This document shows positions 15,170 through 24,889 of a DNA stretch of 32,000 nucleotides, in pieces. The notes below the pieces were generated by a model. It made no database searches. It was given only the letters and a program-made list of their open reading frames with translations, and was not told the DNA's origin. Source of the DNA: Nanobdella aerobiophila (GTDB lineage: Archaea; Nanobdellota; Nanobdellia; Nanobdellales; Nanobdellaceae); assembly GCF_023169545.1 (NCBI RefSeq), contig NZ_AP019769.1, positions 90,001 through 122,000 of the forward strand. Reading direction: 5' to 3'. The translations under genes and the position numbers were made by a program. The first letter of the stretch is position 1; each line of letters begins with the position of its first letter.

Positions 15170-17833
15170 ATGGCGGATATATTTCCAAAAAGAATTTCTG
15201 AACTACAGTATTCTTTATTAAGTCCGGATACAATGAGAAAACTATCTGTTGCAAAAATAATAGTACCAGAATTATACGACGAAGATGGTACTCCGATAAG
15301 AGGAGGATTGATGGACTTACGATTAGGAGTAGTAGATCCAAGTTATGTATGTGAAACATGCGGAAAAACTGTAAATAAATGTCCAGGACACTTTGGTCAT
15401 ATAGAATTAGCAAGACCAGTAATACATCCGGAATTTATATCTACAGTTAAAGAGTTAGTAAATGTAGTTTGTCAAAATTGTGGGAGAGTAAAATTAACTA
15501 AACAAGAATATGATTTTGCAATTAAAAAAGTTGAAAGATATAGAAATAATAGAAATTGGAATTTAATGTATAAATTTATAATAAAATTTGTTTATTATAG
15601 ATCTAAAAGAAGGAGTAAATGTCCTTATTGTTCATTTGAAAATAAGAAAATAGAATTTAGAAAGCCTTATAATTTTTATATTAAAGAGGAAAATTTAGAA
15701 AGAAAAGTATATCCTACAGAAATCAGGGCAATATTTGAAAAGATAAAGGATGAGGATTTATATATACTTGGTTTTCATCCTTCATTTTCTAGACCAGAAT
15801 GGATGATATTAACAGTTTTACTAGTTCCACCTGTAACTATTAGACCTTCAATAGTACTGGAAACAGGTGAAAGATCAGAAGATGATCTAACTCATAAATT
15901 GGTAGATATTGTTAGAACTAATCAAAGGTTAAAAGAAACAATTACAACAGGTGCTCCTCAAGTAATTGTAGATGATTTATACAGTTTATTACAATACCAT
16001 ATTATTACTTACTTCAATAATACAATGCCAGGAATTCCTGTATCTGAATATAGATCTGGCAAGCCATTAAAATCTTTAGTTGAAAGAATTGTTGGTAAAG
16101 ATGGCATAATAAGGCATGATTTATTGGGTAGAAGACTTAACTTTAGTTCTAGGGCTGTAATCTCACCTGATACAAAAATAAAATCGAATGAAGTTGGTGT
16201 CCCTATATATATTGCTAAGATGTTAACAATATCAGAGAAAGTAACTAAGTGGAATATAGAAAAGATGAAGGAATATATATTAAATGGTCCAAATAAATAT
16301 CCAGGAGCTAATTATGTAGCTTCTCCAGATGGAAGAAAGAGGATTATTACTGAAGAAAATAAAGAAACTCTCGCTTCATTAATAGAGCCTGGATGGATCG
16401 TAGAAAGACATTTAATGGATGGTGATATTGTCCTATTTCTAAGATACCCATCATTACATAGATTATCAATGATGGCTCATTATGTTAAAGTATTGCCTGG
16501 AAATACATTTAGGATAAGTCCTACAGTAGTCAAACCATATAATGCAGATTTTGATGGAGATGAAATGAATTTATTTGTTCCAAGAAGCGAAGAATCAAGA
16601 GCAGAAGCCGAATTATTAGTAGAAATATCAAATAATTTTATATCTCCAAGACATGGTAATTTCGTAGCAGGTATGACTCAAGAAATGATCACGGGATTAT
16701 ATTTGATAACTCAAGATGATGTAAAATTATCATTTGGTTTAGCATCTGAACTAGTCTATATATCTAATGCAGGAGAAGAAGACTTGAAAAAATTATCAAG
16801 ATTTATAGAAAATGCTAAAAAAGAAGGAAGGGATTATCTAACAGGTAAAGAGGTAGCATCAGTATTTTTACCGGATGACTTTACAATGCAATCGGATAAA
16901 ATAGATATAAGAAATGGTTTAATAGTTGGAGGATCATTAGATTCTAGTCTCACAAAAGCAGAAAAAGGGAAATTATTTGTAGTATTATATAATTTATATG
17001 GAAAAGAATATCTTGCATCCCTACTAGAAAAATATAGTTTACTAGGTATATATTATCAATATATATTAGGATTAACATTAGCAATTTCAGATTTCGATAT
17101 ATCAGAAGAAGGTAAGAAAGAGATAGAAGAGAATATTAAAAAGACCAAAGAAAGCATAGATAAACTATATAATAGCTTTAGAAATGGAACCTTGGAGAGA
17201 GTTAGAGGGAAATCATTATTAGAAACATATGAATTAGTTTCAATGCAGCAGATAGCATCTAGTATATCTTCCATACAAGATATATTAAGGAGAGATATGA
17301 AAAAGGATACTGGTACTTATATCATGTCTATTACTGGTGCAAGAGGAGATTGGGATAATGCTGTTAGAATGGCTGGATCATTGGGTTTTCAGGCTTTTAG
17401 AGGTAAATTCGTAAATTTTGGTTATAAAGGAAGAAATTTAAGTATATTTGAAAAAGATAAATATCATCCACTATATTATGGATGGGTAATTAGTAGTTAT
17501 AGAGAAGGATTAAAACCTTGGGAAATGTTTTTCCATGCATTGCCCGGTAGAGATGCACTTATGGATACTGCTATAAGGACTGCTCAGGCAGGATATTTCT
17601 ATAGGAGGTTAGTTTTAAGTCTATATGATATACATGTAAATTCAGATCTATCTATAAAGGATTCATATGGAAGAATTGTACAGTTTTTATATGGAGACGA
17701 TGCGATTGCAGTGCATAAATCTATAAGCGGAACTTTAGATGTGAAATTATTGGCCCAAATTTTAAAAACTTCAAAAGAAAATATAGGAGATGGATCTACC
17801 AAAAAGGATAAAAGAAGAAGTAGAAAAAAGTAA
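15170..17833 (+). CDS. rpoA1: DNA-directed RNA polymerase subunit A' (Rpo1N)
   Basis: Contains the Zn motif CETCGKTVNKCPGHFGHIEL and the catalytic NADFDGDEMN. The size (887 aa) and position are typical. Confidence 0.97.
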   Translation: MADIFPKRISELQYSLLSPDTMRKLSVAKIIVPELYDEDGTPIRGGLMDLRLGVVDPSYVCETCGKTVNKCPGHFGHIELARPVIHPEFISTVKELVNVVCQNCGRVKLTKQEYDFAIKKVERYRNNRNWNLMYKFIIKFVYYRSKRRSKCPYCSFENKKIEFRKPYNFYIKEENLERKVYPTEIRAIFEKIKDEDLYILGFHPSFSRPEWMILTVLLVPPVTIRPSIVLETGERSEDDLTHKLVDIVRTNQRLKETITTGAPQVIVDDLYSLLQYHIITYFNNTMPGIPVSEYRSGKPLKSLVERIVGKDGIIRHDLLGRRLNFSSRAVISPDTKIKSNEVGVPIYIAKMLTISEKVTKWNIEKMKEYILNGPNKYPGANYVASPDGRKRIITEENKETLASLIEPGWIVERHLMDGDIVLFLRYPSLHRLSMMAHYVKVLPGNTFRISPTVVKPYNADFDGDEMNLFVPRSEESRAEAELLVEISNNFISPRHGNFVAGMTQEMITGLYLITQDDVKLSFGLASELVYISNAGEEDLKKLSRFIENAKKEGRDYLTGKEVASVFLPDDFTMQSDKIDIRNGLIVGGSLDSSLTKAEKGKLFVVLYNLYGKEYLASLLEKYSLLGIYYQYILGLTLAISDFDISEEGKKEIEENIKKTKESIDKLYNSFRNGTLERVRGKSLLETYELVSMQQIASSISSIQDILRRDMKKDTGTYIMSITGARGDWDNAVRMAGSLGFQAFRGKFVNFGYKGRNLSIFEKDKYHPLYYGWVISSYREGLKPWEMFFHALPGRDALMDTAIRTAQAGYFYRRLVLSLYDIHVNSDLSIKDSYGRIVQFLYGDDAIAVHKSISGTLDVKLLAQILKTSKENIGDGSTKKDKRRSRKK

Positions 17834-18878
17834 TAATAAAGAATTATATAGCTTAGTAGAAAATTTTTATAATAAGATGAAAATAGATCCTGGAGAACCA
17901 ATAGGTATTATCACAGCACAGTCTATAGGAGAGCCAACAACTCAGATGATATTAAGGTCTTTCCATTTCGTAGGTATTGCTCAGTCACAAGCTTCTTTAG
18001 GTCTGCCAAGATTAGTAGAAATAACAGATGCTAGAAAAAAGATGAAAGGTAGATATATGATTATAAGATTATTAGATGAATACAAAAATGATATAAAAGT
18101 TGCAGAAGATGTTGCTAAAAAATTAAAGGAATTATTACTAGAGGATTTAATACAGGAGGTTTCTATTGATATATTTGAGAATAAGATTATAATAGAATTA
18201 GATGAAAATAAAATGAATATGGAGGATATAAACAAAACAGAACTGATAAAGTTATTAAAGAAGAGATTAAAAAGATATACAGTAAACTCAGATAACAATA
18301 TTGTGGAAGTTATTTTGAAGAAAGGGAAACCAAGTGAATTATATTTATTAAAAGACAATATTAAAAAAATGCTAATAAAAGGAATAAAAGGAATAAAAGA
18401 TGTAACTATTTCTCAGGAAAATAATGAATATATATTATATGCTATTGGGTCTAATCTACAGGAGGTTATGAAAATACCTGAAGTAGATTATACGAAAGTT
18501 TATACGAATGATATAAAAGAAATAGAAAAAATATTAGGTATTGAAGCTGCTAGAAATGCTATATTTAATGAGATAAAGAAATTATATAATGATCAAGGAT
18601 TAAATGTAGATAATAGGCATTTTATGCTATTAGCAGATGTATTGACATGGTATGGATCATATTTAGGAATAAATAGATATGGTTTACATGCGGAAAAGGA
18701 TTCTGTATTATCAAAGGCAGCTTTTGAGACACCAATACCTATATTTATGAGAGCATCAATGATGGGAGAATCTGATCCTGTATTATCTAGTATAGATAAT
18801 ATTATAATAAATCAGCCAATATTCTTAGGAACTGGTCTATATAATATATTTTATCAGGCTCCTAAAAATAAAGAATAA
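17790..18878 (+). CDS. rpoA2: DNA-directed RNA polymerase subunit A'' (Rpo1C)
   Basis: Contains PGEPIGIITAQSIGEPTTQMILRSFHF and the C-terminal NRHFMLLADVLTWYG...AAFETP blocks. The ATG at 17790 overlaps the rpoA1 tail by 44 nt, so a later start is possible. Confidence 0.93.
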   Translation: MDLPKRIKEEVEKSNNKELYSLVENFYNKMKIDPGEPIGIITAQSIGEPTTQMILRSFHFVGIAQSQASLGLPRLVEITDARKKMKGRYMIIRLLDEYKNDIKVAEDVAKKLKELLLEDLIQEVSIDIFENKIIIELDENKMNMEDINKTELIKLLKKRLKRYTVNSDNNIVEVILKKGKPSELYLLKDNIKKMLIKGIKGIKDVTISQENNEYILYAIGSNLQEVMKIPEVDYTKVYTNDIKEIEKILGIEAARNAIFNEIKKLYNDQGLNVDNRHFMLLADVLTWYGSYLGINRYGLHAEKDSVLSKAAFETPIPIFMRASMMGESDPVLSSIDNIIINQPIFLGTGLYNIFYQAPKNKE

Positions 18879-18903
18879 AAATATTTTTTGTAATTCTATT
18901 TAG

Positions 18904-19176
18904 ATGGTCAGTTTTGATGATATAAGAAGAGGGTTAAATGATATAAATAATAAAATAATTATAGGTACTGAAGAAACTATAAAGATGATAAAAAATAATA
19001 AAATAGAAAAGGTCTTTTTAGCTAAAAATGTACCAGAAGACACAAAGAAGGATATAGAATACTACTCGAAATTGTCGAATTTTGAAATAGAATATCTAAA
19101 CTATACAAATGAAGAGATTGGTATTCTATTGAAAAAGCCATTTAAAATTTCCGTTATATCTATAATAAATGGGTAA
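18904..19176 (+). CDS. rpl30e: Ribosomal protein eL30 (L30e)
   Basis: 90 aa in the canonical position after rpoA2. It has an L7Ae/L30e-type fold signature ([26 protein letters not shown]). Confidence 0.75.
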   Translation: MVSFDDIRRGLNDINNKIIIGTEETIKMIKNNKIEKVFLAKNVPEDTKKDIEYYSKLSNFEIEYLNYTNEEIGILLKKPFKISVISIING

Positions 19177-19597
19177 TGGTTTATATGCTGCAAAGAAATT
19201 AATAGAAAATAGGAAAAAATTTAGATGGAGTAAAAAAGATTGGAAAAAGAGAGTATTAAGATTAAAAGAAAAATATGATCCTTTTGAAGGATCTCCAATG
19301 GCATCTGGAATTGTACTAGAAAAGGTTCAAATTGAAAAAAGACAGCCATATTCTGGTATGATAAAATGTATAAGGGTTCAATTAAAGAAAAATGGTAAGG
19401 TAATTACTGCATTTGCTCCTGGAGATAAGGCTATAAAATATATAGACGAGCATGATGAAGTATTATTAGTCGGTATAGGAGGACCAAAAGGTAGAACTAT
19501 TGGTTCGATTCCAGGAGTTAGATATAAGGTTGTTCTAGTTAATGGACAACCATTAAGATTATTAAGATCTGGTAAAATAGAAAAAGCAAGAAGGTAA
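19169..19597 (+). CDS. rps12: Ribosomal protein uS12
   Basis: Blocks such as [52 protein letters not shown] and [13 protein letters not shown] are typical of archaeal S12. Confidence 0.93.
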   Translation: MGNGLYAAKKLIENRKKFRWSKKDWKKRVLRLKEKYDPFEGSPMASGIVLEKVQIEKRQPYSGMIKCIRVQLKKNGKVITAFAPGDKAIKYIDEHDEVLLVGIGGPKGRTIGSIPGVRYKVVLVNGQPLRLLRSGKIEKARR

Positions 19598-19628
19598 AGT
19601 TTATATATGTTTTTTATAGTATTATCTT

Positions 19629-20438
19629 ATGGTAATTGATCTTTTGGTTAGTGTAGGATATTATATTGTTTTTATAATATTATCCGTAGTAATTGGATTT
19701 TTTATTGGCTGGATAGTATATATGATATTAAGTATGTATATTGGCAAATATATTGGAAAACTATACCAGGGTTTATCAGAAACATTCAGTAGTATTCCAA
19801 AAGTAGATATAGGTAAGGTATTATCATATTTAATAGCAATAGTAGTTGGTATATACGTATTTAATTCCGTATTTAATTTATTACCAAGTATATTAACTAC
19901 TACAGAATATAGTTATATATCTTCTTTAATTAGTGTGATTAATTTGGTAGCAAGTTATCTATTATCAATAGTTATAGTATTCTTTATAATAATTGTTGGT
20001 CTAGTATTTGCAGTATTAATTACTTCATATCTCTATCTATTAATAAGGGGGTATAATGAGGATATAGCTACATTATTAAGATTATTGTTATTTATCGGAT
20101 TTGTGTGGGTTGTTACAGTATATTCATTAAATTTACTTGGATTGACAAATACTTTATTTAAAAATATAATGGGAGTATTTGTAATATTATCTATTGCATT
20201 TATTATAATGAGATATATAACAAATAATATTGAAGAAAATGATTATTATAATAAGATAAAGCCATTTGTACAATTATTTATATATTCTATATTTATTATA
20301 AGTTCCCTATCTATACTAACAGTTGGTTACTCTACAGCATCTGCATCGGTTGAATATGTATTTGCTTTAGGATTTGTGATTTTATTTGTGCTTTTGTTAA
20401 TACCGCAACTATATAGAGTAATAAAGGAAGAGAAATAG
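19629..20438 (+). CDS. Polytopic membrane protein (about 7-8 TM helices), unknown function, inserted between rps12 and rps7
   Basis: 269-aa ORF with an ATG start, made of consecutive hydrophobic segments. It has no recognisable motif. Confidence 0.55.
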   Translation: MVIDLLVSVGYYIVFIILSVVIGFFIGWIVYMILSMYIGKYIGKLYQGLSETFSSIPKVDIGKVLSYLIAIVVGIYVFNSVFNLLPSILTTTEYSYISSLISVINLVASYLLSIVIVFFIIIVGLVFAVLITSYLYLLIRGYNEDIATLLRLLLFIGFVWVVTVYSLNLLGLTNTLFKNIMGVFVILSIAFIIMRYITNNIEENDYYNKIKPFVQLFIYSIFIISSLSILTVGYSTASASVEYVFALGFVILFVLLLIPQLYRVIKEEK

Positions 20439-20469
20439 ATTTTTAAATTATTTTTTGATAATTTTATCA

Positions 20470-21072
20470 ATGGTAGATATTAATGATTTAAAATTTCTTG
20501 GAAGATGGAAATATGAAATTGAATTAGAAGATGATACACTAAAAGCTTTTATGAATACTAGAGCATGGGTTGTTCCGAAAACAGGTGGTAGGTATCAAAA
20601 TAAAAGATTTGGAAGGAGAAATATACCAATAATAGAGAGATTTATCGGTAGAATGATGACTCCAGGTCATTTTGGTAGTAAGCATAGATTCACTTCTTAT
20701 TATGCTTCCGGAGAGTATTATAAAAATTTAAGTATATTAGTAAAAGTATTTGAAATAATAGAAAATGAAACAAAGCAAAATCCAATAAAAATCTTGGTAA
20801 AAGCGATTGAAAATGCTGCTCCAAGAGAAGAAATAACTAATATAGAAATGGGTGGATCTAGATATCCAAAAGCTGTAGATATATCACCCTTAAGGAGAAT
20901 AGATCTAGCTATAAGATTTATAATATGGGGAGCATATCATAATTCTAGAAATAAAAAAGATATGGTTAGTGCTCTTTCTAGAGAAATAATACTAGCATAT
21001 AAAAATTCTACAGATTCCTATGCCATCCAAAAGAAATTAGAGCTGGAGAGACTAGCTTCTTCTTCTAGATAG
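20470..21072 (+). CDS. rps7: Ribosomal protein uS7
   Basis: The ORF-track start at 20455 is a TTG; the first ATG, at 20470, gives MVDINDLKFLGRWKYEIE. The conserved block is AIENAAPREEITNIEMGGSRYPKAVDISPLRRIDLAIRFIIWGA. Confidence 0.9.
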   Translation: MVDINDLKFLGRWKYEIELEDDTLKAFMNTRAWVVPKTGGRYQNKRFGRRNIPIIERFIGRMMTPGHFGSKHRFTSYYASGEYYKNLSILVKVFEIIENETKQNPIKILVKAIENAAPREEITNIEMGGSRYPKAVDISPLRRIDLAIRFIIWGAYHNSRNKKDMVSALSREIILAYKNSTDSYAIQKKLELERLASSSR

Positions 21073-21104
21073 TTTTTTAAATATATAATATCAATTTTAA
21101 TTTT

Positions 21105-21590
21105 ATGCCTGAGCGGAGTCTGGTTCCAAAAAAAGTATTTTTTACTAAAGGTATAGGGGTAGCAGATGATGAATTATTAAGTTTTGAACTTGCATTAAGA
21201 AATGCTAAAATAGAGAAATTTAATTTAGTTCCTGTATCTAGTATTGCGCCTCCAAGAATAGAGATAGTAGATATTGATGAAGGTTTAAAATATCTAAATC
21301 CTGGACAGGTTGTATTTACAGTATTATCAAGATTTAGTTCTAATATAAATAATAAAGAAATATATTCTTCGGTTGGCGTTGCATTACCAAAGAATAAAGA
21401 TTATAATGGCTATTTTACCGAATATCATGGATATTATACTGGTAGGGAAGACAATTATGCAAAGAATAAAGCAAGATTTATGCTAGAAACAGCCTTTAAT
21501 ATTGATATTGATAGTAACTTTGAAATATTTAATAAGTCAATAGTGGAGGATTATACTACTGTTATATCCGCTGCTGTATTTATTTTTTAG
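21105..21590 (+). CDS. pdaD: Pyruvoyl-dependent arginine decarboxylase
   Basis: 161 aa. VPKKVFFTKGIGVADDELLSFELALRNAKIEKFNLVPVSSIAPP matches the PdaD N-terminus, including the Ser-Ser self-cleavage site (S45/S46). Confidence 0.85.
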   Translation: MPERSLVPKKVFFTKGIGVADDELLSFELALRNAKIEKFNLVPVSSIAPPRIEIVDIDEGLKYLNPGQVVFTVLSRFSSNINNKEIYSSVGVALPKNKDYNGYFTEYHGYYTGREDNYAKNKARFMLETAFNIDIDSNFEIFNKSIVEDYTTVISAAVFIF

Positions 21591-21626
21591 AAATATTTAT
21601 ATAATTTTAATAATAGTATTTTATTT

Positions 21627-22994
21627 ATGTTTCCTGTATATGATATAGATAGAGCTGTCTTTGCATCTTCACTTGCTGTTCATATTATAATATCATCATT
21701 AAGTATAGGTATGCCATTTGCATTGGGTACTATAGAACTGTACGGAGTATTAAAAAAAGATTCTAAAATAAATTATCTAGTAAAAAGGTTGAGTACTATT
21801 ATTTTAGCTTTATTTGCAATTGGTACCTTATCTGGAACTATAGTAGCTGTAGAAATGGCAACTTTATTTCCAAAATTTATGCAAATAATATCAAATACTG
21901 CTATAATATCTTTATATATAGAAGTAGGTGCATTTTTTATAGAATCTTTATTCTTAGGTTTATATCTATATTCTTGGAAGAAGTATGGAAATTCAATATG
22001 GCATCCAATATTTATGTATTTAGTAGGATTCTTTGCTGCAATGTCTGGAGTATTAATAATAACATTAAACTCTTTTATGAATTATCCTGTAGGGGTACAA
22101 TATATTAATGGACAAATAATTGATACAGATCCTTATGCAATATTTTTTACACCTATACAATTTATTGAAACAGGTCATGGAGTTTTAGCATCATTAACAT
22201 TTGGAGTTTCTTTTTTTATTGCTATAATAGCATATCATATATTAAGAGAAAAAGATCTAAATAAAATAGATATATACGGAAAAATTATGAAAATAGTCAC
22301 TCCAATATTTTTTATATCAATATTAGTTACAGGATTATATGGAATAAGTTCTATAGATACTTTATCTGTATATCAACCAACTAAGTATGCAGTCTTAGAA
22401 GCAAATGTTAATGGAAATATCTCGCATGCTTCTGAAAATCTGTTTGGATTTATTAGTCCTAATTATACATTAGAAAATTATATATCAGTACCAGATTTAC
22501 AAAGTTTATTATTACATGAGCATTTTAATCCAAATACTGTTGTTCCAGGTATTTTACCAAATGAATCTAATATAGCATCTCCTGCTGATATTACTGTATC
22601 ACATAATTCTTTTGATATTATGGCAATTCTAGGTTTTATAATATTCCTAGGAGCTGGATATATGCTATTATCTCAAATATTATCTAGAAAAGATAATAAT
22701 AAAGATAAAAAATTTACATTAAATCCTAGATATACATTTTATTTGAATAAATTAATATTGTATGCTTCTATAATATTAGCTTTATTTTCTATTATAGCTG
22801 TAGAAACAGGATGGATAGCTGCAGAAGTAGGTAGACAGCCATGGACAATATATAATATATTATTAACAAAGGATGCAGCGAATCTTAATCCCAGTGTTGT
22901 TCCAGTAGCAATTACATTTCAGATAATATATATTATATTATTCTTTTCAACATTATGGGCCATAAAGAAATATTTCATTGATAGATTAGAATGA
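21627..22994 (+). CDS. cydA: Cytochrome bd-type quinol oxidase subunit I
   Basis: 455 aa, polytopic. The hallmark GWIAAEVGRQPWTIY is present. There is an N-terminal His in TM1 (SLAVHIIIS), FFIESLFLGLYLY (conserved Glu) and ETGHGVLAS. Confidence 0.88.
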   Translation: MFPVYDIDRAVFASSLAVHIIISSLSIGMPFALGTIELYGVLKKDSKINYLVKRLSTIILALFAIGTLSGTIVAVEMATLFPKFMQIISNTAIISLYIEVGAFFIESLFLGLYLYSWKKYGNSIWHPIFMYLVGFFAAMSGVLIITLNSFMNYPVGVQYINGQIIDTDPYAIFFTPIQFIETGHGVLASLTFGVSFFIAIIAYHILREKDLNKIDIYGKIMKIVTPIFFISILVTGLYGISSIDTLSVYQPTKYAVLEANVNGNISHASENLFGFISPNYTLENYISVPDLQSLLLHEHFNPNTVVPGILPNESNIASPADITVSHNSFDIMAILGFIIFLGAGYMLLSQILSRKDNNKDKKFTLNPRYTFYLNKLILYASIILALFSIIAVETGWIAAEVGRQPWTIYNILLTKDAANLNPSVVPVAITFQIIYIILFFSTLWAIKKYFIDRLE

Positions 22995-23893
22995 TAAATT
23001 ATTTATTATATTTTTTTGTATTATTGGGCGCAATTATAGCAACTATAATATTATTTTTATGGTTGGAACTTGGATTATCTTGTTCTTATTTTATTAATAA
23101 GGATTTATTTAAGAAATATGAAAATTTGTTTTTATCATCATGGGAGATTACTGGAACTACAATTGTATTTTTAGTTGTACAATTTGAAGCAATAGCTCCT
23201 AATCTGTTAATTCCGGTTGCTTATTCTTTTTATATATTTATATTTTTAATATTATTTTTCTTTATATTTAGGAATATAAATATAGGAATATTTGAAGGAT
23301 TAACATTTAAGAATAAATATAATAAAAGTAGTTTAATAATTTATACAATAGCAACTTTATTTTTAGGAATAATAATGATTACATTGGTAAGTGCAGGTAT
23401 TACTGGTATAGGTATAATAGGATTATCGGGTAATATAATAAATTGGAATATATATATTATATTTAATTATTTTAATTTATTATTATTGATATCTACAATC
23501 TTATCTTCTCTTGGATTTTTAGGATATATATTTGGAATAGACAGTTATAAAAGATATTCTATAATAGGTTATATATTATTTATTATTGATCTAGCCTTAT
23601 TTACTAGATCTATATATGTTTATTACTTAATTATTCCTTTAGTATTATTTATATTAATGTTACTTGTTAAGGTTAGAATATATATACAAAGAATAATATA
23701 TGTATTATCACATTACTTTACTTCCATTATTGTAAGTATAATGATATTTCCTTATCTATTTAAAATTATTAATATACAAAATATAATTACTCAAAGTAAT
23801 ATATTATTATCTGCAGAATTTGTAGTGTCCATATTTATTATAGTTGCAATATTTTCTATATATTTATTTGAGATAAAATCTATATTAGATTAA
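22991..23893 (+). CDS. cydB: Cytochrome bd-type oxidase subunit II (divergent, short)
   Basis: 300 aa with about 8-9 TM helices. It forms an ATGA overlap with the cydA stop (22991-22994). The assignment rests on position and topology; I cannot align its sequence to CydB by eye. Confidence 0.55.
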   Translation: MINYLLYFFVLLGAIIATIILFLWLELGLSCSYFINKDLFKKYENLFLSSWEITGTTIVFLVVQFEAIAPNLLIPVAYSFYIFIFLILFFFIFRNINIGIFEGLTFKNKYNKSSLIIYTIATLFLGIIMITLVSAGITGIGIIGLSGNIINWNIYIIFNYFNLLLLISTILSSLGFLGYIFGIDSYKRYSIIGYILFIIDLALFTRSIYVYYLIIPLVLFILMLLVKVRIYIQRIIYVLSHYFTSIIVSIMIFPYLFKIINIQNIITQSNILLSAEFVVSIFIIVAIFSIYLFEIKSILD

Positions 23894-24723
23894 GAATCGA
23901 ATACTTTTTTATATATTTCTTTTAATTGGTTGGGTACGACATGAGTATATATTTGAGTTATGGATAAAGAACTATGACCTAATAATTCTTGTATATATCT
24001 TATATCTATTCCCCTAGATAATAATGTTGTTGCTAATGAATGTCTTAATACATGTGGAGTAACTTTTTTATTTATTCCTGCTTTTATTGCTGTTCTTTTG
24101 ATAATTCTCTCTACCTGTCTTGATGATAGTGGAAATATTATATTGGAATCTAAATCTTCTATATAATCTTTTATTCTATTTAATAACTCCTTTGGTATGG
24201 GTACTATTCTTTCTTTGCCCCCTTTTCCTAGAACTTTTACTAATCCCTCTTCAAATATTATATCATCTTTCTTTATTTTTACTAGTTCAGAAACTCTAAC
24301 ACCAGTATAGAATAAAAATTCAATTATTAGTCTATTCCTATAACTTTCGGCAGCATTGATTAGCCTTTGAAATTCTTCTAATGTTATAAATTTTGGTAAT
24401 CTTTTATCTACTTTTGGGGCTTTAATTTGTTTAGCCAGATTTTCATTATCCAGAAACCTTAATAAAGATGCTATACCCCTAATATATAATCTTAATGAGT
24501 TAGAATCTAGTTTTTTATTTATCTTTTCATCTGCTAAAAATCTAAATATTAAATTTTTATCTATATATGTATTTATGGTAAATTGATCTATATCATTTAA
24601 ATTTAAATACTTTTTTATAAAATTTAGGAAGGTTTTTACAATTATATTATATGTTTTTATTGTATTTTTTGATTTTCCTTGGATCTCCAACCAAACTTTG
24701 TATTGTTCTAATATGCTCTCCAT
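23890..24723 (-). CDS. xerA: Tyrosine recombinase, XerA/XerC/XerD family
   Basis: 277 aa. It has an N-terminal SAM-like core-binding domain and the catalytic blocks YTGVRVSEL (Arg), HVLRHSLAT (H-x-x-R) and LGHSSLSITQIYTHV (His and the Tyr nucleophile). Confidence 0.88.
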   Translation of the reverse strand: MESILEQYKVWLEIQGKSKNTIKTYNIIVKTFLNFIKKYLNLNDIDQFTINTYIDKNLIFRFLADEKINKKLDSNSLRLYIRGIASLLRFLDNENLAKQIKAPKVDKRLPKFITLEEFQRLINAAESYRNRLIIEFLFYTGVRVSELVKIKKDDIIFEEGLVKVLGKGGKERIVPIPKELLNRIKDYIEDLDSNIIFPLSSRQVERIIKRTAIKAGINKKVTPHVLRHSLATTLLSRGIDIRYIQELLGHSSLSITQIYTHVVPNQLKEIYKKVFDS

Positions 24724-24776
24724 ACAAAACTAAGAAACTTTATGATATAAAAATTTTAAATCAAAAATTTTAATAT

Positions 24777-24827
24777 CCCTACTTGGCATGCACTGGGGAT
24801 AATATGAACTAGTTCCTCACAGTAGGG
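24777..24827 (+). ncRNA. GC-enriched hairpin element of unknown class, directly abutting the C/D box sRNA
   Basis: The outer stem is CCCTACT (24777-24783) paired with AGTAGGG (24821-24827). A possible inner stem is GGGGA (24795-24799) paired with TCCTC (24814-24818). Local GC is near 45 percent in a region that is otherwise about 20 percent. The strand is assumed from the adjacent sRNA. Confidence 0.4.
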
Positions 24828-24889
24828 TATAAAAATGATGTAGTTGGCTTGAAACTGACTGGATGATGAAGACGACTGCTCTGATTATA
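24828..24889 (+). ncRNA. C/D box sRNA (2'-O-methylation guide)
   Basis: The boxes are in canonical order and spacing: C box AUGAUGU (24835-24841), a 13-nt guide, and D' box CUGA (24855-24858). After a 4-nt spacer come C' box AUGAUGA (24863-24869), an 11-nt guide and D box CUGA (24881-24884). A 5-bp terminal stem pairs TATAA (24828-24832) with TTATA (24885-24889). The element is intergenic. Confidence 0.7.
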
